Shown piece after piece: positions 26,925 to 39,175 of a stretch of DNA of 64,000 bases. Location: assembly GCF_006345805.1 (NCBI RefSeq), contig NC_043010.1:27776001-27840000 (forward strand). Direction: 5' to 3'. The notes below the pieces were generated by a model. It searched no databases. It worked only from the letters and a program-made list of their open reading frames with translations, and was not told the DNA's origin. This DNA is from Octopus sinensis (taxonomy: Eukaryota). The first letter of the stretch is position 1. Every line of letters starts with the position of its first letter. A program made the translations under genes and the position numbers.

Positions 26925-29220
26925 ATCCTTAAATCCTTAAACATGTTTTAGCCCGAAGGCCACGGCCATGCTGGGGCACCACCGTTGAATGAGCTACACT
27001 AATATGTGAATCCACCTCTGATACGTAGAAGCTGGTCAACAAGGGAGTTCGATGCTGCTGCCCGCATCTGTGTCTCCTGTCGTGAGGTAGGTTCATTTGG
27101 GACCCCCGACAAGAAGAGATCCAATTTAGTTTTAAAGAAACCCACATCCACACCATGCAAGTCTCTCAGGCATTTAGGGAGGATGTTAAAGAGCTGTGGT
27201 CCTCTGAAACCCAAGCTGTTGCAATATCTGGTCCTGTATTTTGATGGTGATGTTGGAATCTTTGGCACCATGCAGTGGTGCCCCGTTCTGCGGTTGGGGT
27301 AACTTTGAATGCCAAAGTTTGGGACAAGACCCTCCAGGATTTTCCAGATGTATATCACCGCATATCTCTCCCGCCTTCGCTCTAGAGAGAAGAGTTTTAA
27401 TACTTTCAGTCTTTCCCAGTAGCTGATATATTGCATTGAGACGATCTTTGTGTAGCTTCTTTGAATTGCTTCGAGTTCTGCTGTTAGTTTTATATTGTGT
27501 AGTGACCATAGTTGGGAGCAGTAGTCCAAGCGGCTGAGGACGAAAGTTTTCCACAGGACCATCAATGTCTCCTTCTCTCTTGTTCTGAAAGTTCGGAGAA
27601 TCCATCCAGCTAGCCGTCTGCATTTTATCACCAGATTAGTAATATGCACCTGGAAAGATGCATCATTGCTCATGTCAATGCCCAGGTCAAGCACTGATTT
27701 TGACTCAGGGATTGCAATTCTTCCCGGGCCAGTGTATCCAGTCTGCATGTCGTTTACCTTTTTGTGCCAGTAGCACAGGGCCTGGAACTTACCTGCGTTA
27801 AACTGCATGTTGTTGTCCTCAGCCCACCTGTATATTGTATCCAACTCCTGTTGCAGATGTGCAATATTTCCAGGGTTTTGTATTGTGTGGGAGACTTTTG
27901 TGTCATCTGCATAGCTAGCAAGGGTGGCCATCTTAGCAACTGAGGGCATGTCTGAAAGGGCCACTATGAACAGCAGTGGCCCCAAGACAGTGCCTTGTGG
28001 AACACCGCTTGTTATTTGTTACCTTGGAGGTGGCTCCATTGGTCACAACTGCCTGCCTTCTATCTTTTAGGAAGTTGTGCAGCCACTCTCCAAGTTTTCC
28101 GCCTATGCCGAGACCAAGCAGTTTGTGACAAATCATACCGCGGTCGACTTTATCAAAGGCCTTTGCAAAGTCAAGATATATCACATCCACATTTGAGCCA
28201 TTTAGTAGCTGTTTTAATACCCAGTCATATTGTTGTAGGAGCTGTGTTAGGCAGCTTCTACCTGGTCGAAATCCATGCTGGGTGTCAGTCAGCAAGTCAT
28301 TTTCTTCAAGGAACATGATTAGTTTCTTGCGAACTATTCGTTCCATGACTTTGCTGATGTGTGAGGTCAGAGAGATAGGCCTATAATTTTTAGCATCTGC
28401 TCTGCTTCCTCCCTTATAGATAGGGCATATTACCCGCTCTTTCAATTTGACTGGGAGCTTACCACTTGCAAGAAAGCTCTGAAAAAGAAGCTGTAGCGGT
28501 TTTGCAAGGGCTCGTTTGCATGATTTGAGAAGGATCGCTGGAAATCCATCAGGTCCAGCAGCTGAGCTTGTGTCACTCTCATCTATGGCGAGTGTGATAT
28601 CATCATCTTCAATGTTGATGTACTAAATTTTTGCCTCTTTGGCCGCAGGTAAAGTGGCAAAGAATTCTTTTGGGTTGTTTACTTGCCTATGTCCTAGAGG
28701 TGTAGTGAACACACTTTGGAACTGTTCGTTCAGTATTTCACTTACCCTCGTGGGATTTCCTGTAAGAGAGCCATCTTTTTGGAAGAGAGGTCCTATTCTC
28801 TGGTGCACTGTGGCTGTCTCTTTGGCAAACTTAAAGAAAGCTTTAGGGTTTGACTTGATATTTTCTATTACCCAAGCTTCTTTATCTGCTCTCTCCTTTT
28901 CATGAGACTGATGCAGACTTTTCTCAATTTCCATTAGCATTCTCTCGAGTCGAGACTTCTCACCACTTTTGGTGTGCTTGCTCAGGCGGTTCGCAATTCT
29001 TGTCCGTCGTCTCATAAGAATCTTCCTTTCTCTAGGGATCCTGTTTTTGTTTTTGTGTGTGCTGGCCCTGCACACTGGGACATATTTGTCACATATGGCT
29101 TGTATTATGGACATGAAGCGTTTGTGTTTCATGTCAATGTCCGGTGTGGAGAGACATTTAGGCCAATCCTGCTTGAGGATCTCTTTCTCGATCAACTTCC
29201 AATTTGCTTTATGAAAGTTT
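26925..29220 (-). mobile_element. 5'-truncated CR1/L2-group LINE with frameshifted ORF2 (RT) and (TTAAGGAT)n tail
   Basis: NYRPISLTS, QHGFRPGRSC, YLDFAKAFDKV, LGPLLF, YADD, SRLDYCSQLW across track ORFs 28623-29195, 27933-28445, 26999-27985. Confidence 0.92.
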
Positions 29221-29379
29221 AAGTTGGAGAGATTGTGGATGCTTCGTATAGGCTGTGTATTATTATTATTTTAAGCTGGTTACAATATAAACAAAACTGA
29301 AAACATAATAAAATAAAATACACAGATAAATAAACAAATGGAAGTAAATAACTATACACATTTTTATTATTATTATTAC

Positions 29380-29410
<31 letters not shown>

Positions 29411-29418
29411 CATACATG

Positions 29419-29463
<45 letters not shown>

Positions 29464-29711
29464 TAATAAGTAGGTGTAAACACATGAATAAAATAAAAAT
29501 AAACAAAAACAAAAACAAAATACACGAACGTATATAAACAGGAGATACAAATATTACAGGCACTCACCACCCCCACACACACTAACTAAACATAGACACA
29601 CATAGAGATATGCGCATGCGCAAATGAAAACACATACAATAGAAATACAAAATACAAAATGGCTGACCGTTAGTAAGGCGAGACACACAAATAAGAAAGA
29701 AGAAAGCAAAG

Positions 29712-29755
29712 GACCACTGATGCGGTCACAGGAGTGTGACGAAAGAACTCTGGCC
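29712..29755 (+). ncRNA. Degenerate minimal type I hammerhead
   Basis: GACCA CTGATGC G GTCAC aggagt GTGAC GAAA GAAC TC TGGCC; stem II 5 bp perfect, stem I 4/5, core A9 changed to C. Confidence 0.6.
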
Positions 29756-29863
29756 GAAATAAGATTAAGATTAATGTAAAAAATATATAACGCTGAAGCA
29801 AAGTAACACCAAATGTGTTTTTATTGGCTAAACTGGCAAAATGACCATTCCTAAATACAACAA

Positions 29864-29932
<69 letters not shown>

Positions 29933-30470
29933 TTATAACTGTTCAATATTTGGTAAGTTGAAGCAAATTTTTACTGCATTACCTGCTGCACCTCCGTGTT
30001 GCTGAGGTGTATGCCGCATTATGTGTTAACTTTTCACGGTACTGTATTGTGTTAGTTTTTTCCTCTCTTGAGGTATGGTGCAGTGTCTTTTGATGTATTA
30101 CTGTTTGTTTTGTGTGTTGAGCGTGTAATGCATTGGTTTTCTAGCTTGCTGGTGGAAGTTTATTTCACTGGGTAATTGCTCGTGTTTGTGGGTTATTTTG
30201 TTTGGGTTGTATTATTGAATTGATAGTGTCTTGCGTAGGATGTGAGCTGTTCCAAGCAGGGCTATTTTTTGGATAGTGTGTAATGTTGAGGGTCCAGATA
30301 TAGCTTCTACGTTTTTGTTCCTAAGTTTTTTTATCATGCCCGATGCTCCGATTATTATTGGTGTTGTTTTCACTTGATGCTTGAATACTTAAATTTCCAT
30401 GTTTTTATACTTGGACAATTTCTCCACTTCTGTTTTGACAATATTTTGACCGGAAAGGACTGCAATGACT
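29933..30470 (-). mobile_element. R4/Dong-like LINE 3' end (RLE C-terminus plus 3' UTR) running into (AAT)n
   Basis: IAVLSGQNIVKTEVEKLSKYK..TPIIIGASG..IQKIALLGTAHILRKTL; homologous to 19960-20150. Confidence 0.85.
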
Positions 30471-31030
30471 ATATTATGTATGTATGCATGAACATACGTA
30501 CGCATGAACTTATGCACGTATGCATGCATGTACGTAAGAACGTATGTATGTACGAATGAACGTATGTATGTACGTATGAACGTATGCATGTATGAACGTA
30601 AGTACGTATGAACGAACGTACATACGTATGAACGTACGTACGTATGAACGTATGTACGTATGTATAAACGTACGTATGTATAAACGTACGTAAGTATGAA
30701 CGTACGTACGTATGTATGAACGTACGTACGTATGTATGAACGTACGTATGTGTGAACGTATGTATGTGTGAACGCATGCATGTGTGAATGTGTGAACGTA
30801 TGTATGTATGAACGTACGTACGTATGTACATATGAATGTAAGTACGTATGCATGAACGTACGTATGTATGAAAGTACGTATGTATGAACGTCTATATATA
30901 TGAACGTATGTATGTATTTACGTACTTGCGTATGCATGTACGTACGTATGTATGTATATACGTATGTACTATGTATATACGTCTGTATATATGTGTACGT
31001 ACGTACGTTCGTGTATACGTATGTATATAT
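30471..31030. repeat. Complex CpG-rich cryptic microsatellite of TATG/TACG/GAAC units
   Basis: Direct reading. Confidence 0.9.
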
Positions 31031-31299
31031 GTATGAATACATTCATATCTTTGTGTGTGTGCGCGCGCGCGTATGAATACATACGTATATATGTGAGCCT
31101 GTGTATACATTTTCATGAGTATAGCTTGCGTATGTGAGTGAGAATCAAATGCGTACATGTGAGTATAGAAGTGTGCGTGTCTGAATGCCAATTTGTGTGA
31201 ATTTTTAAAAATAATAGACTGAGTATGTCTCCGTTGAACTAACCAAAATGTATCCCCTATCAATTTTTTGTGTACTCCTTGACGTCGTTTTATCTGTAA

Positions 31300-32383
31300 C
31301 TAGCAGTATCGCCCGGCGTTGCTCGGGTTTGTTTCGACCCGCTGGAATTGTAATTTTGAAAAGTAAAAATTTTGTGAACATTTTTCTGGTCGAAATACAC
31401 CGAAAAGTGGCGACACAGCAGTGAAAAAATCGTAAAAAATAGGGATTTTCATAGAAAAAAGCATCTTTTTGATGTAAATAATTTTTGGTGTTAACATAGT
31501 CCGATTTGAATTTTATGTTCTACGGAAGGAAGAGCAACCCTTCTTCTACCATACTCTCAATTTTGGTCAACTTGCGCCGCAGGGTCTCGGAGGAGATAGT
31601 GTTAGTTGAAGGTTACCATTCTAGGTGCCTGAGTAACAACCTCGCGGATTTACAGATAAATGAATTAATTACTATTTTACAGAATAAAATTAAATAATTC
31701 TTGAAAATTAATTAATATTAATATTTTTTGAACAAAGTAAATAATTTTTAAAACTTAAATAATTTTTTTTACACAAACGCGAACGGGGAAAAGGGGGTGG
31801 CGAATTCGATTTACATACCTAAATTTTTTCTTTTTCATGACATTGTAGCAAAATAGTAGTGAATTATATAAATACCAGCAGTACATTTTTTTTTCTGGGG
31901 TATTTTTTTTCAACCTCGTCACATATTTGCCCCTTTCAATTTAAACAAAGTCTTAATTAAGCAATTACGGCAGCTTAGCAATGGTTTCAATACAGGCGTG
32001 ACATCTGTATCTCAATTGTTCAAAACCCTTCGAATTTTTTCGCACGTGATGATATCATAGTGAAAACTTTCAATTACGCGCGCTTAGAAGTACGCTCGCA
32101 AATTAATACTACCAACATTTTGAAGTTCGCGCTCCGCTTGTGTGTGTGTGTGTGCGTGCTTTAGGTGTACGTAGGTATGTGTTTTTGTGTGTGTGTGTCA
32201 CTGAAGCCATACATACATATATACATACATAACCTATCTCTCTCTTTTCTCTCTCAGTCACTCACTACAAAAAGTGAATAAAAAAAGTTCAGTTATTTCT
32301 GTCTTTCACTCTGTCTGTCTCTTTACACACACTAACAAAAGCACTTCACTTACACACCACACTTTCTGTGTCGCACAACCCAT

Positions 32384-32420
<37 letters not shown>

Positions 32421-32968
32421 GCACGCACACATGTACATCAATGCTTTCGGAGTGAAATGTTAAAATATTGAGTTTTCTCGAATTTTGTCTTAATTGGGGG
32501 TGAAATTGAAAGAAATATATTATGGCATGACCGAATGGAGTACTTTGAAAAATCTTAGGTAAACTCTAATTGAAGAAATTGTGTGAGGAGTAAATCGTTA
32601 TGTATTTATTTGTTTCTATTTGCTGTGTTTTTTTATTTTTTGAGTAGTGGTTTAAATACTTTCAGTTTAGTCCTCCTCAAATCACTCTGTCGCTATTTAC
32701 TTTCATTTTATTCGTTGCACACTGTGGTGTGTGCGTGTGCGTGTGGTGTAAACCACATTAAGAAAAGCATTTGACATACACACCAGAATGTGAGTTTTCT
32801 GTAAATTTTGCTTAATTGGAGTTTAAATTTTAAAAACTGGACCTGGCATGACCCGATGCATTCTACTCTTAAAAATGCTAGGTAAATTGTAATTGAAGAA
32901 ATGCTATATTGTAGATTTCTATAAGTTACAAAGGGAGGCAGATAAAATCTGCCTTTTATAATAAGAGA
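31300..32968 (-). mobile_element. Non-autonomous Helitron (possibly composite)
   Basis: Minus 5' A|TCTCTTATTATAAAAGGCAG at 32968; 3' hairpin CCCG..CGGG then CTAG|T at 31300; internal ~120-bp duplication (32468 and 32790). Confidence 0.65.
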
Positions 32969-33699
32969 TAGTCTTGGTTTCTTTCCGTTATCTGAGTCTA
33001 AGTTGATTGAGAGATCTTGAACACGCCCACTTGCTTTTTCTTATATATTTCTGTCTCAATTTTAAAACTCCACCAGCTGAAATTAGTAGGCTATGTTATA
33101 GGTCACTAAGTTTAAATAACGCCTGATGAGTTGGGAGTTTTATGCAATGTGATGCCATTTGTTATGACTACATTAAATAAATTACTACCGAAAGAGTCTG
33201 TTTCTTGTTATATCTGTGTACATGTGTTACAGGCTGATGACACCTGTTACTGGTACCATGTAAACCAGCACCACCTGTTCCATGGTCAAGTGGTCGGTTA
33301 CTGAGCCAACTTCCCCAATTGCGTAGCTTACTACTCTAGTGAGGTGAGTGTCTGAACACACAGCAAAACTAAAGAAAAGACTTGTTAAAGTTCAGATGAG
33401 CTCCTTGTAGCCCAACGGCCATTTAGTCGGGAAAGGTAATGACAAACCGCATCATTAATCTATCAGTCAATGAAACACGATGAGGAAGTCAGAATGAAGT
33501 AACGCTATGGCGTCATCCGATGGGAGAACTCGCGCTTAATCGGGAAACCTTTCGCTACAGTCTCATTAACGCGTTGTAAAAGCGTACGAAATTCGAAAGA
33601 ACACTTATGTATGTATGTATGTATATATATGCATGTATGTATGTATGTATGTATGTATGTGTGTATGTATGTATGTATGTATGTATGTATGTATGCATG

Positions 33700-33905
33700 T
33701 ATGTATGTATGTTTATATTTGAATTTGTTCCCTCGATTTACAACCGATGTTGGTTTGTTTACGTCTTCGTAGCTTAACAGTCCGGTCAAAGAGAAGGATA
33801 AAAAAATTACCAGGCTTAAAAAGAACAAAGACCGATTTATTTGATTCAGTCCTGTAATGCCGTATTCTAGCATGGCCTCAGTCCAGTGAGTGAAACGATT
33901 AAAAC
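33700..33905 (+). mobile_element. SINE S2 3' half
   Basis: caaccgatgttggt..tagcatggcctcagtc tail. Confidence 0.65.
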
Positions 33906-34279
33906 AAGAGAAATATAATTACAGAACGCAGCGTTGTTGCATGACGGCAACATTCTTACAGCAGGTGAACAATGCGGGGGTGGGGGAAACGTCAATATTC
34001 CAAGAATTAAACTGAGACCTGCAGACATCTTCTGCTATTAACATAGCTTCCATTACAATTACAGCTTCCATTTGCAATGACGTTTGCCATGACAGTTAAG
34101 GAATCTCAGCGTTGATCATGGAAGACGTTACGCATGCTTTACTTAACTGATTTGTTGCTACATAAACAGTCATGTGTAAATCTCTCAATATCTACGCAGC
34201 CACAGGTCTCAACTGATGTATTATTATTGACGTTGATAAGAATTAAAAATAGCCAATACTCTAAACGCCGAAGTTTCTC

Positions 34280-34310
<31 letters not shown>

Positions 34311-34694
34311 ATATATATATATATATAGATATATATATATATATATATCTATATATATATATATATAATATATATATATATATATGTATGTATGTATATA
34401 TATCATCATCATCATCCAGTGCTTTAAATCCGGGTTTCTAGAATGAATGGTCCCGAGACCAAAGCCTCTACCACGATTTTTAAAAAATGTGGTGGAAAAC
34501 TAGCTCAGGAAGGCAGAGACACTACCCCCTGAAACCCCCTTTTGGAGCCCCCCTACCTATATATATATATATTATATATAGAGAGTAATAATCACTTCTA
34601 CTATAGGCACAGGGTCTGGAACTTTGGTTGGTGGGGGGGCTAGTCGAGGCCTTTCCCAGTGTTCAGCTGGTACTTATTTCATCAACCCCGAACA

Positions 34695-34915
34695 AACATT
34701 TTCCTGTAAACCACAAATACAGGAACATTTTCAACAGGTGATCAGTGAAATTATCGTACAGCTGCTGTCCCAACATAAAGAGTTTCATTAGATGTGACCA
34801 ACGTAACGAGCCTGAAGCCAGCTGCAGCTGTCGCGATCCAAGATCCTGTCCACTCGAACAACGGAGCATGACCAAAGCGATTGTATATGAGGCGGAAATC
34901 ACTGAAACCTTAACT
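34695..34915 (+). pseudogene. Penelope-like element ORF fragment (thumb to GIY-YIG start)
   Basis: HFPVNHKYRNIFNR*SVKLSYSCCPNIK..CSCRDPRSCPL..IVYEAEI, typical PLE Cys-rich linker. Confidence 0.8.
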
Positions 34916-34956
34916 TTTAATACAATTCGCTTATATATATATATATAATATATATA

Positions 34957-34991
<35 letters not shown>

Positions 34992-35030
34992 CTAGCTTAA
35001 GGTAACCCGCTCTACGCGCGGGTAAGAGTG
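34992..35030 (-). mobile_element. Helitron 3' terminus
   Basis: Minus: hairpin ACCCGC..GCGGGT, short spacer, CTAG|T; 5' end uncertain (35743 or ~37685). Confidence 0.55.
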
Positions 35031-35868
35031 TGGTTCTTACTTTCTGTTTTTTATCACCACATTCTCCCTCTTTGTTTCTCTCTCCTTTCTCTCTCACTTC
35101 CCACCCTCTTACTCTTCCTTTCTCTCGGACTCTCCGTCGCTTTCTCTTACTCTCTATCTTTCTCTATCTCTCTCCCATTTATAAACAACAAAAGATCTTG
35201 AGTAAGTTGAGAAAGTAAAATATTTTGAAAGATCAATCATAAATATCAGGCAGTGACAACGGAAAGGTCTGCTTCAAGGCAGACAGCAAAACAGTAACAT
35301 TTAAAAGGGACAGACGAACTTGTGAGCTGAATAAAAATATTAAAAAAATATTGGAAACCAAAGTTTGAAGGGATAGAATGTGAGGATAGTAGACTCACCA
35401 TGGCTGGCATTTCTTAAGGACGGATAGCAACGTAGTGGCAGTTTAACGGCTGGCGTAAAATTTTGAACTTGTTGTAAAAGAAAATTCCTAAACACCAAGT
35501 TTTGAAGTGATTCTTTCTCATGGCAGTAGACTCACCATGGCAAGCATTCAAAACTTCTTCATCATGGACGACAACACATTAACGATTTAAAGGCTAGCGC
35601 AAATTTTTTAGCTTGATATAACAGAGAATTCCTAAACACCCTGTAAATTTTAATCACCTTCCAGCCCCATTTAGACCCCTTTTCACATTTTGGTTAATAT
35701 AACCCGATTTCATTCGGGTCTACTCGGGCCACATTTTATAAGATGAGGAATTTTGTCCTAGAGGTCACGCCTTTCATTTGAGGAAAAAAATTGTTGTCAT
35801 GCAAACTTGCCAGCACTTTTAACATAGATGTGCATATTTTCAGCACAACCGACCACATAATGCACACA

Positions 35869-35901
<33 letters not shown>

Positions 35902-36174
35902 GGTAAACAGTAAAAATAATTACAGACATGGACAAGAACATGAAACACCACAGAGACGACACAAGAACCACAGGACGGGACATTCGAAGCCCTCAGTCAT
36001 CAGTCAAGAACCAGATCATCTTAGCAATTTCGGCTGATTAATCTTGAGATTGCTCCGATTTGGGCAGCCCGCCAAGGGAAATCTAAGCCAAGCGCATTAG
36101 ATCCCCTGGAAGAAAGCTTCGAATGTATACAACACGAGGACGGAAAACGAACGAAGTACACGAACAAAAATACA

Positions 36175-36220
<46 letters not shown>

Positions 36221-36223
<3 letters not shown>

Positions 36224-36852
36224 GATAAATATCAATGTGAGTTATATACAGTAGCGGTAACACAACGTGACGTATTTTTGCCATTTCAATATGGCTAACC
36301 CCTAAGGGTGGATGCTACTCGAAACTCGAGTCCGTGTGTATCATAAGTTGAAGACGGGAAGGATGACTTCCCTTTGCAAATACTGACAGGACACAGAAAG
36401 TGTGTCTATGGCCAGCTGGAGGAGTGTGTCCTCCTGGGGCTAAAAACTACAGTAGCATCCATCCTTAGGGGTTAGCCATATTGAAATGGCAAAAATACGT
36501 CACGTTGTGTTACCGCTACTGTATATAACTCACATTGATATTTATCATTGTTTGATTTCACTTTTTCAATATCAGCGACAGTGGACGCTGGAAAAAGTAT
36601 AAGTATTTGTGAAGGAAATCTAATTCTCGGCGACAACTATGATTGTCACACGCTGACGAGAGGTCAATACCTCGAAACTCGAGTCCGTGTGTATCATAAG
36701 TTGAAGACGGGAAGGATGACTTCCCTTTGCAAATACTGACAGGACACAGAAAGTGTGTCTATGGCCAGCTGGAGGAGCGTGTCCTCCTGGGGCTAAAAAC
36801 TACAGTATCATCCACCCTTAGGGGTTAGCCATATTGAAATGGCAAAAATACG

Positions 36853-36856
<4 letters not shown>
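36221..36856 (+). mobile_element. Retrozyme-like non-autonomous element: 99-bp 5' inversion plus 1.5 copies of a 353-nt hammerhead unit, in (TA)n
   Basis: IR 36221-36319/36451-36549; DR 36318-36503/36671-36856; intact hammerhead; no RT ORF. Confidence 0.85.
36647..36691 (+). ncRNA. Intact type I hammerhead ribozyme (GUC site, predicted cut after 36685)
   Basis: CACACG CTGACGA GAGGT caat ACCTC GAAA CTCGAG TC CGTGTG; all core bases canonical, stems I and II perfect. Confidence 0.92.
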
Positions 36857-36887
<31 letters not shown>

Positions 36888-36891
36888 GCAT

Positions 36892-36922
<31 letters not shown>

Positions 36923-37673
36923 ACGCATTATATATACAAATGTATACAAATTATATATATAAATTAAATTAGAGATAAAACCACTATTAGTCAAACTAAA
37001 CAGTGAAAAACATAACCCAAAACATAAAAATAAAAATATAATGTACAAAATATATAAAATATAAAATTTAAAAATTTAAATTATTTAAATTTAAAATGAA
37101 AATTATTAATTTATATTTATAATTTTTTTAAAAAATATATTTAACTATCAAAAAGTATTAAAAAGTTTAATATACATAAATACAGATATATACAGTTTGT
37201 ATATATACATTATATATACATATTTATATATAGAACACACACACACACACATATAAATGAACCGAATAAATATATGATTCATAATATTTGTTCTCATGAT
37301 TGTGTGGTGGTGGTGGCGATGATAATTCTCACTATGAATGCAGACAGACGTAGAGAGAGAGAGAGAGTGTGTGTGTGAAAGCGCTGTTAGACGCCGTTAT
37401 CGACGTTATATATAGAAAGTGATGGGAAGGGAGGAAAGATAGTGAGTGAGGGAGGAAGACAGATACATAAAAGAATAAGTCGACCTGTCAAAGTGCGTTT
37501 TTGGCCGTAGCAACGACACCTTTTAAGATAGGGATTTCTAACCTAGCCCACTAACATCCTCACCTCATTTTACATGTCCCTGTAAATTTTGGAGTCAATC
37601 CGACGGGATGTAGTGGTCCTTTAAACCGTTCCAGACAAACAAACAAACAAACAAACTTTTCGCATTTCAGTTT

Positions 37674-37760
<87 letters not shown>

Positions 37761-37797
37761 AGACTACGTGGCATTGTATGTATGTATGTATGTATAT

Positions 37798-38185
37798 AGG
37801 CGCAGGCATGATTGTGTAGTAGAAAGCTTACTTCGCAACCATGTAATTCTGGGTTCAGTCCCAATGCGTGGCACCATGGCCAAGTGTCTTCTGTTATAGC
37901 CTCGGGTCGACCAAAGACTTTCAGTACTGAAAAAGCCCCTCATATATGTATACATACATGTGTGTGCGTCTTTGTGTTTGTGTATGCGCCCTACTCCCAC
38001 CCCACCGCTGACAAACGGTGATGTGTTCAGCTCCCCAAACTAGCGTTTCAGCAAAGAAGACCGATAGAATAATCACCAGGCTTTAAAAAGTGTACTGGGC
38101 TCAATTCATTCGACCAGAATTCTTAAAGGCGGTGCCCCAGCATGGCCGCAGACTAATGACCGAAGCAAGTAAAAGAACGAAAGAA
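37798..38185 (+). mobile_element. SINE family S2
   Basis: ggcgcaggcatg head, gggttcagtccca, ggcaccatggccaagtgtcttct core, ggcggtgccccagcatggccgcag tail. Confidence 0.85.
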
Positions 38186-39142
38186 TGTATGTATGATGTA
38201 TGTACATATACATATATGTGTGTGTGTTTGCTTTAGAATTTGAATTTTTACCTTTTTTTTGAAATCATCATTCACCATCGTCTTCAACAACGATGACAAC
38301 TACTGCAAAGAGAGAGTGAGGGGGAGGGAGAGGCGGCACATGTCATTTTGCTATTATTATCATCATATGTAAATATCAGCGATTCAGTAGAATGCCAGAC
38401 AATTTGGCGCTCTGCCGATTCAGGCAATGATAGAAATCATCATCATAAACGCATATGCGCACATACATAAATACACACATATACACACATACAAATATAT
38501 AAATACACACACACATACATATTATATATCTTCACATATAAACATATATACATCGACACGCATTTATAAATATACGCACACCCACCCACCCACCCACACA
38601 TTTATACGCACGCACACACATTTATACGTACTCACACACATTTATATATATATATATATATATATATAAATATATATATATATAATATGCTCCCACACTT
38701 CTCATCTACTAATAAACACACACTATACTAATGCAGATACCACTCCCCTTTATACTCGCTTCGAAACACAGATACACTCATCCAGCTACATACCAGCTTC
38801 TTCCTCCGTTCATAAACCCACCCCATACATTTCAACCTGATTTTTTAACCTTTCACCTTCCTCCTGTGTACTTCCCTCCCTTTTTACGCACTCATTATTT
38901 CTATTTCTCACTCTCTATGCTTCTTGTTTTCTTTTTTTATTTACTGGTGAAAAACTGACGTCCGAAAGATTACCCCCTCTCTTTTTTTACGCCTTGAAGC
39001 GTAAAACTAAAACCCTATTTATCAAATTATCTTCTTTCTGTGTTATTCTATTTCTTGATCATTGTCTTTGCACTACACACACACACACACGCACATATAC
39101 ACATACTGTATATATATATATATGTATATATATATATGTATA

Positions 39143-39173
<31 letters not shown>

Positions 39174-39175
<2 letters not shown>

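Noticed and set aside
35940-36175. Possible hammerhead on the minus strand (CTGATGA at ~35996; CAGCCGAAA at ~36030)
   Set aside because: The two half-motifs are in the wrong order and stems cannot be completed without several indels
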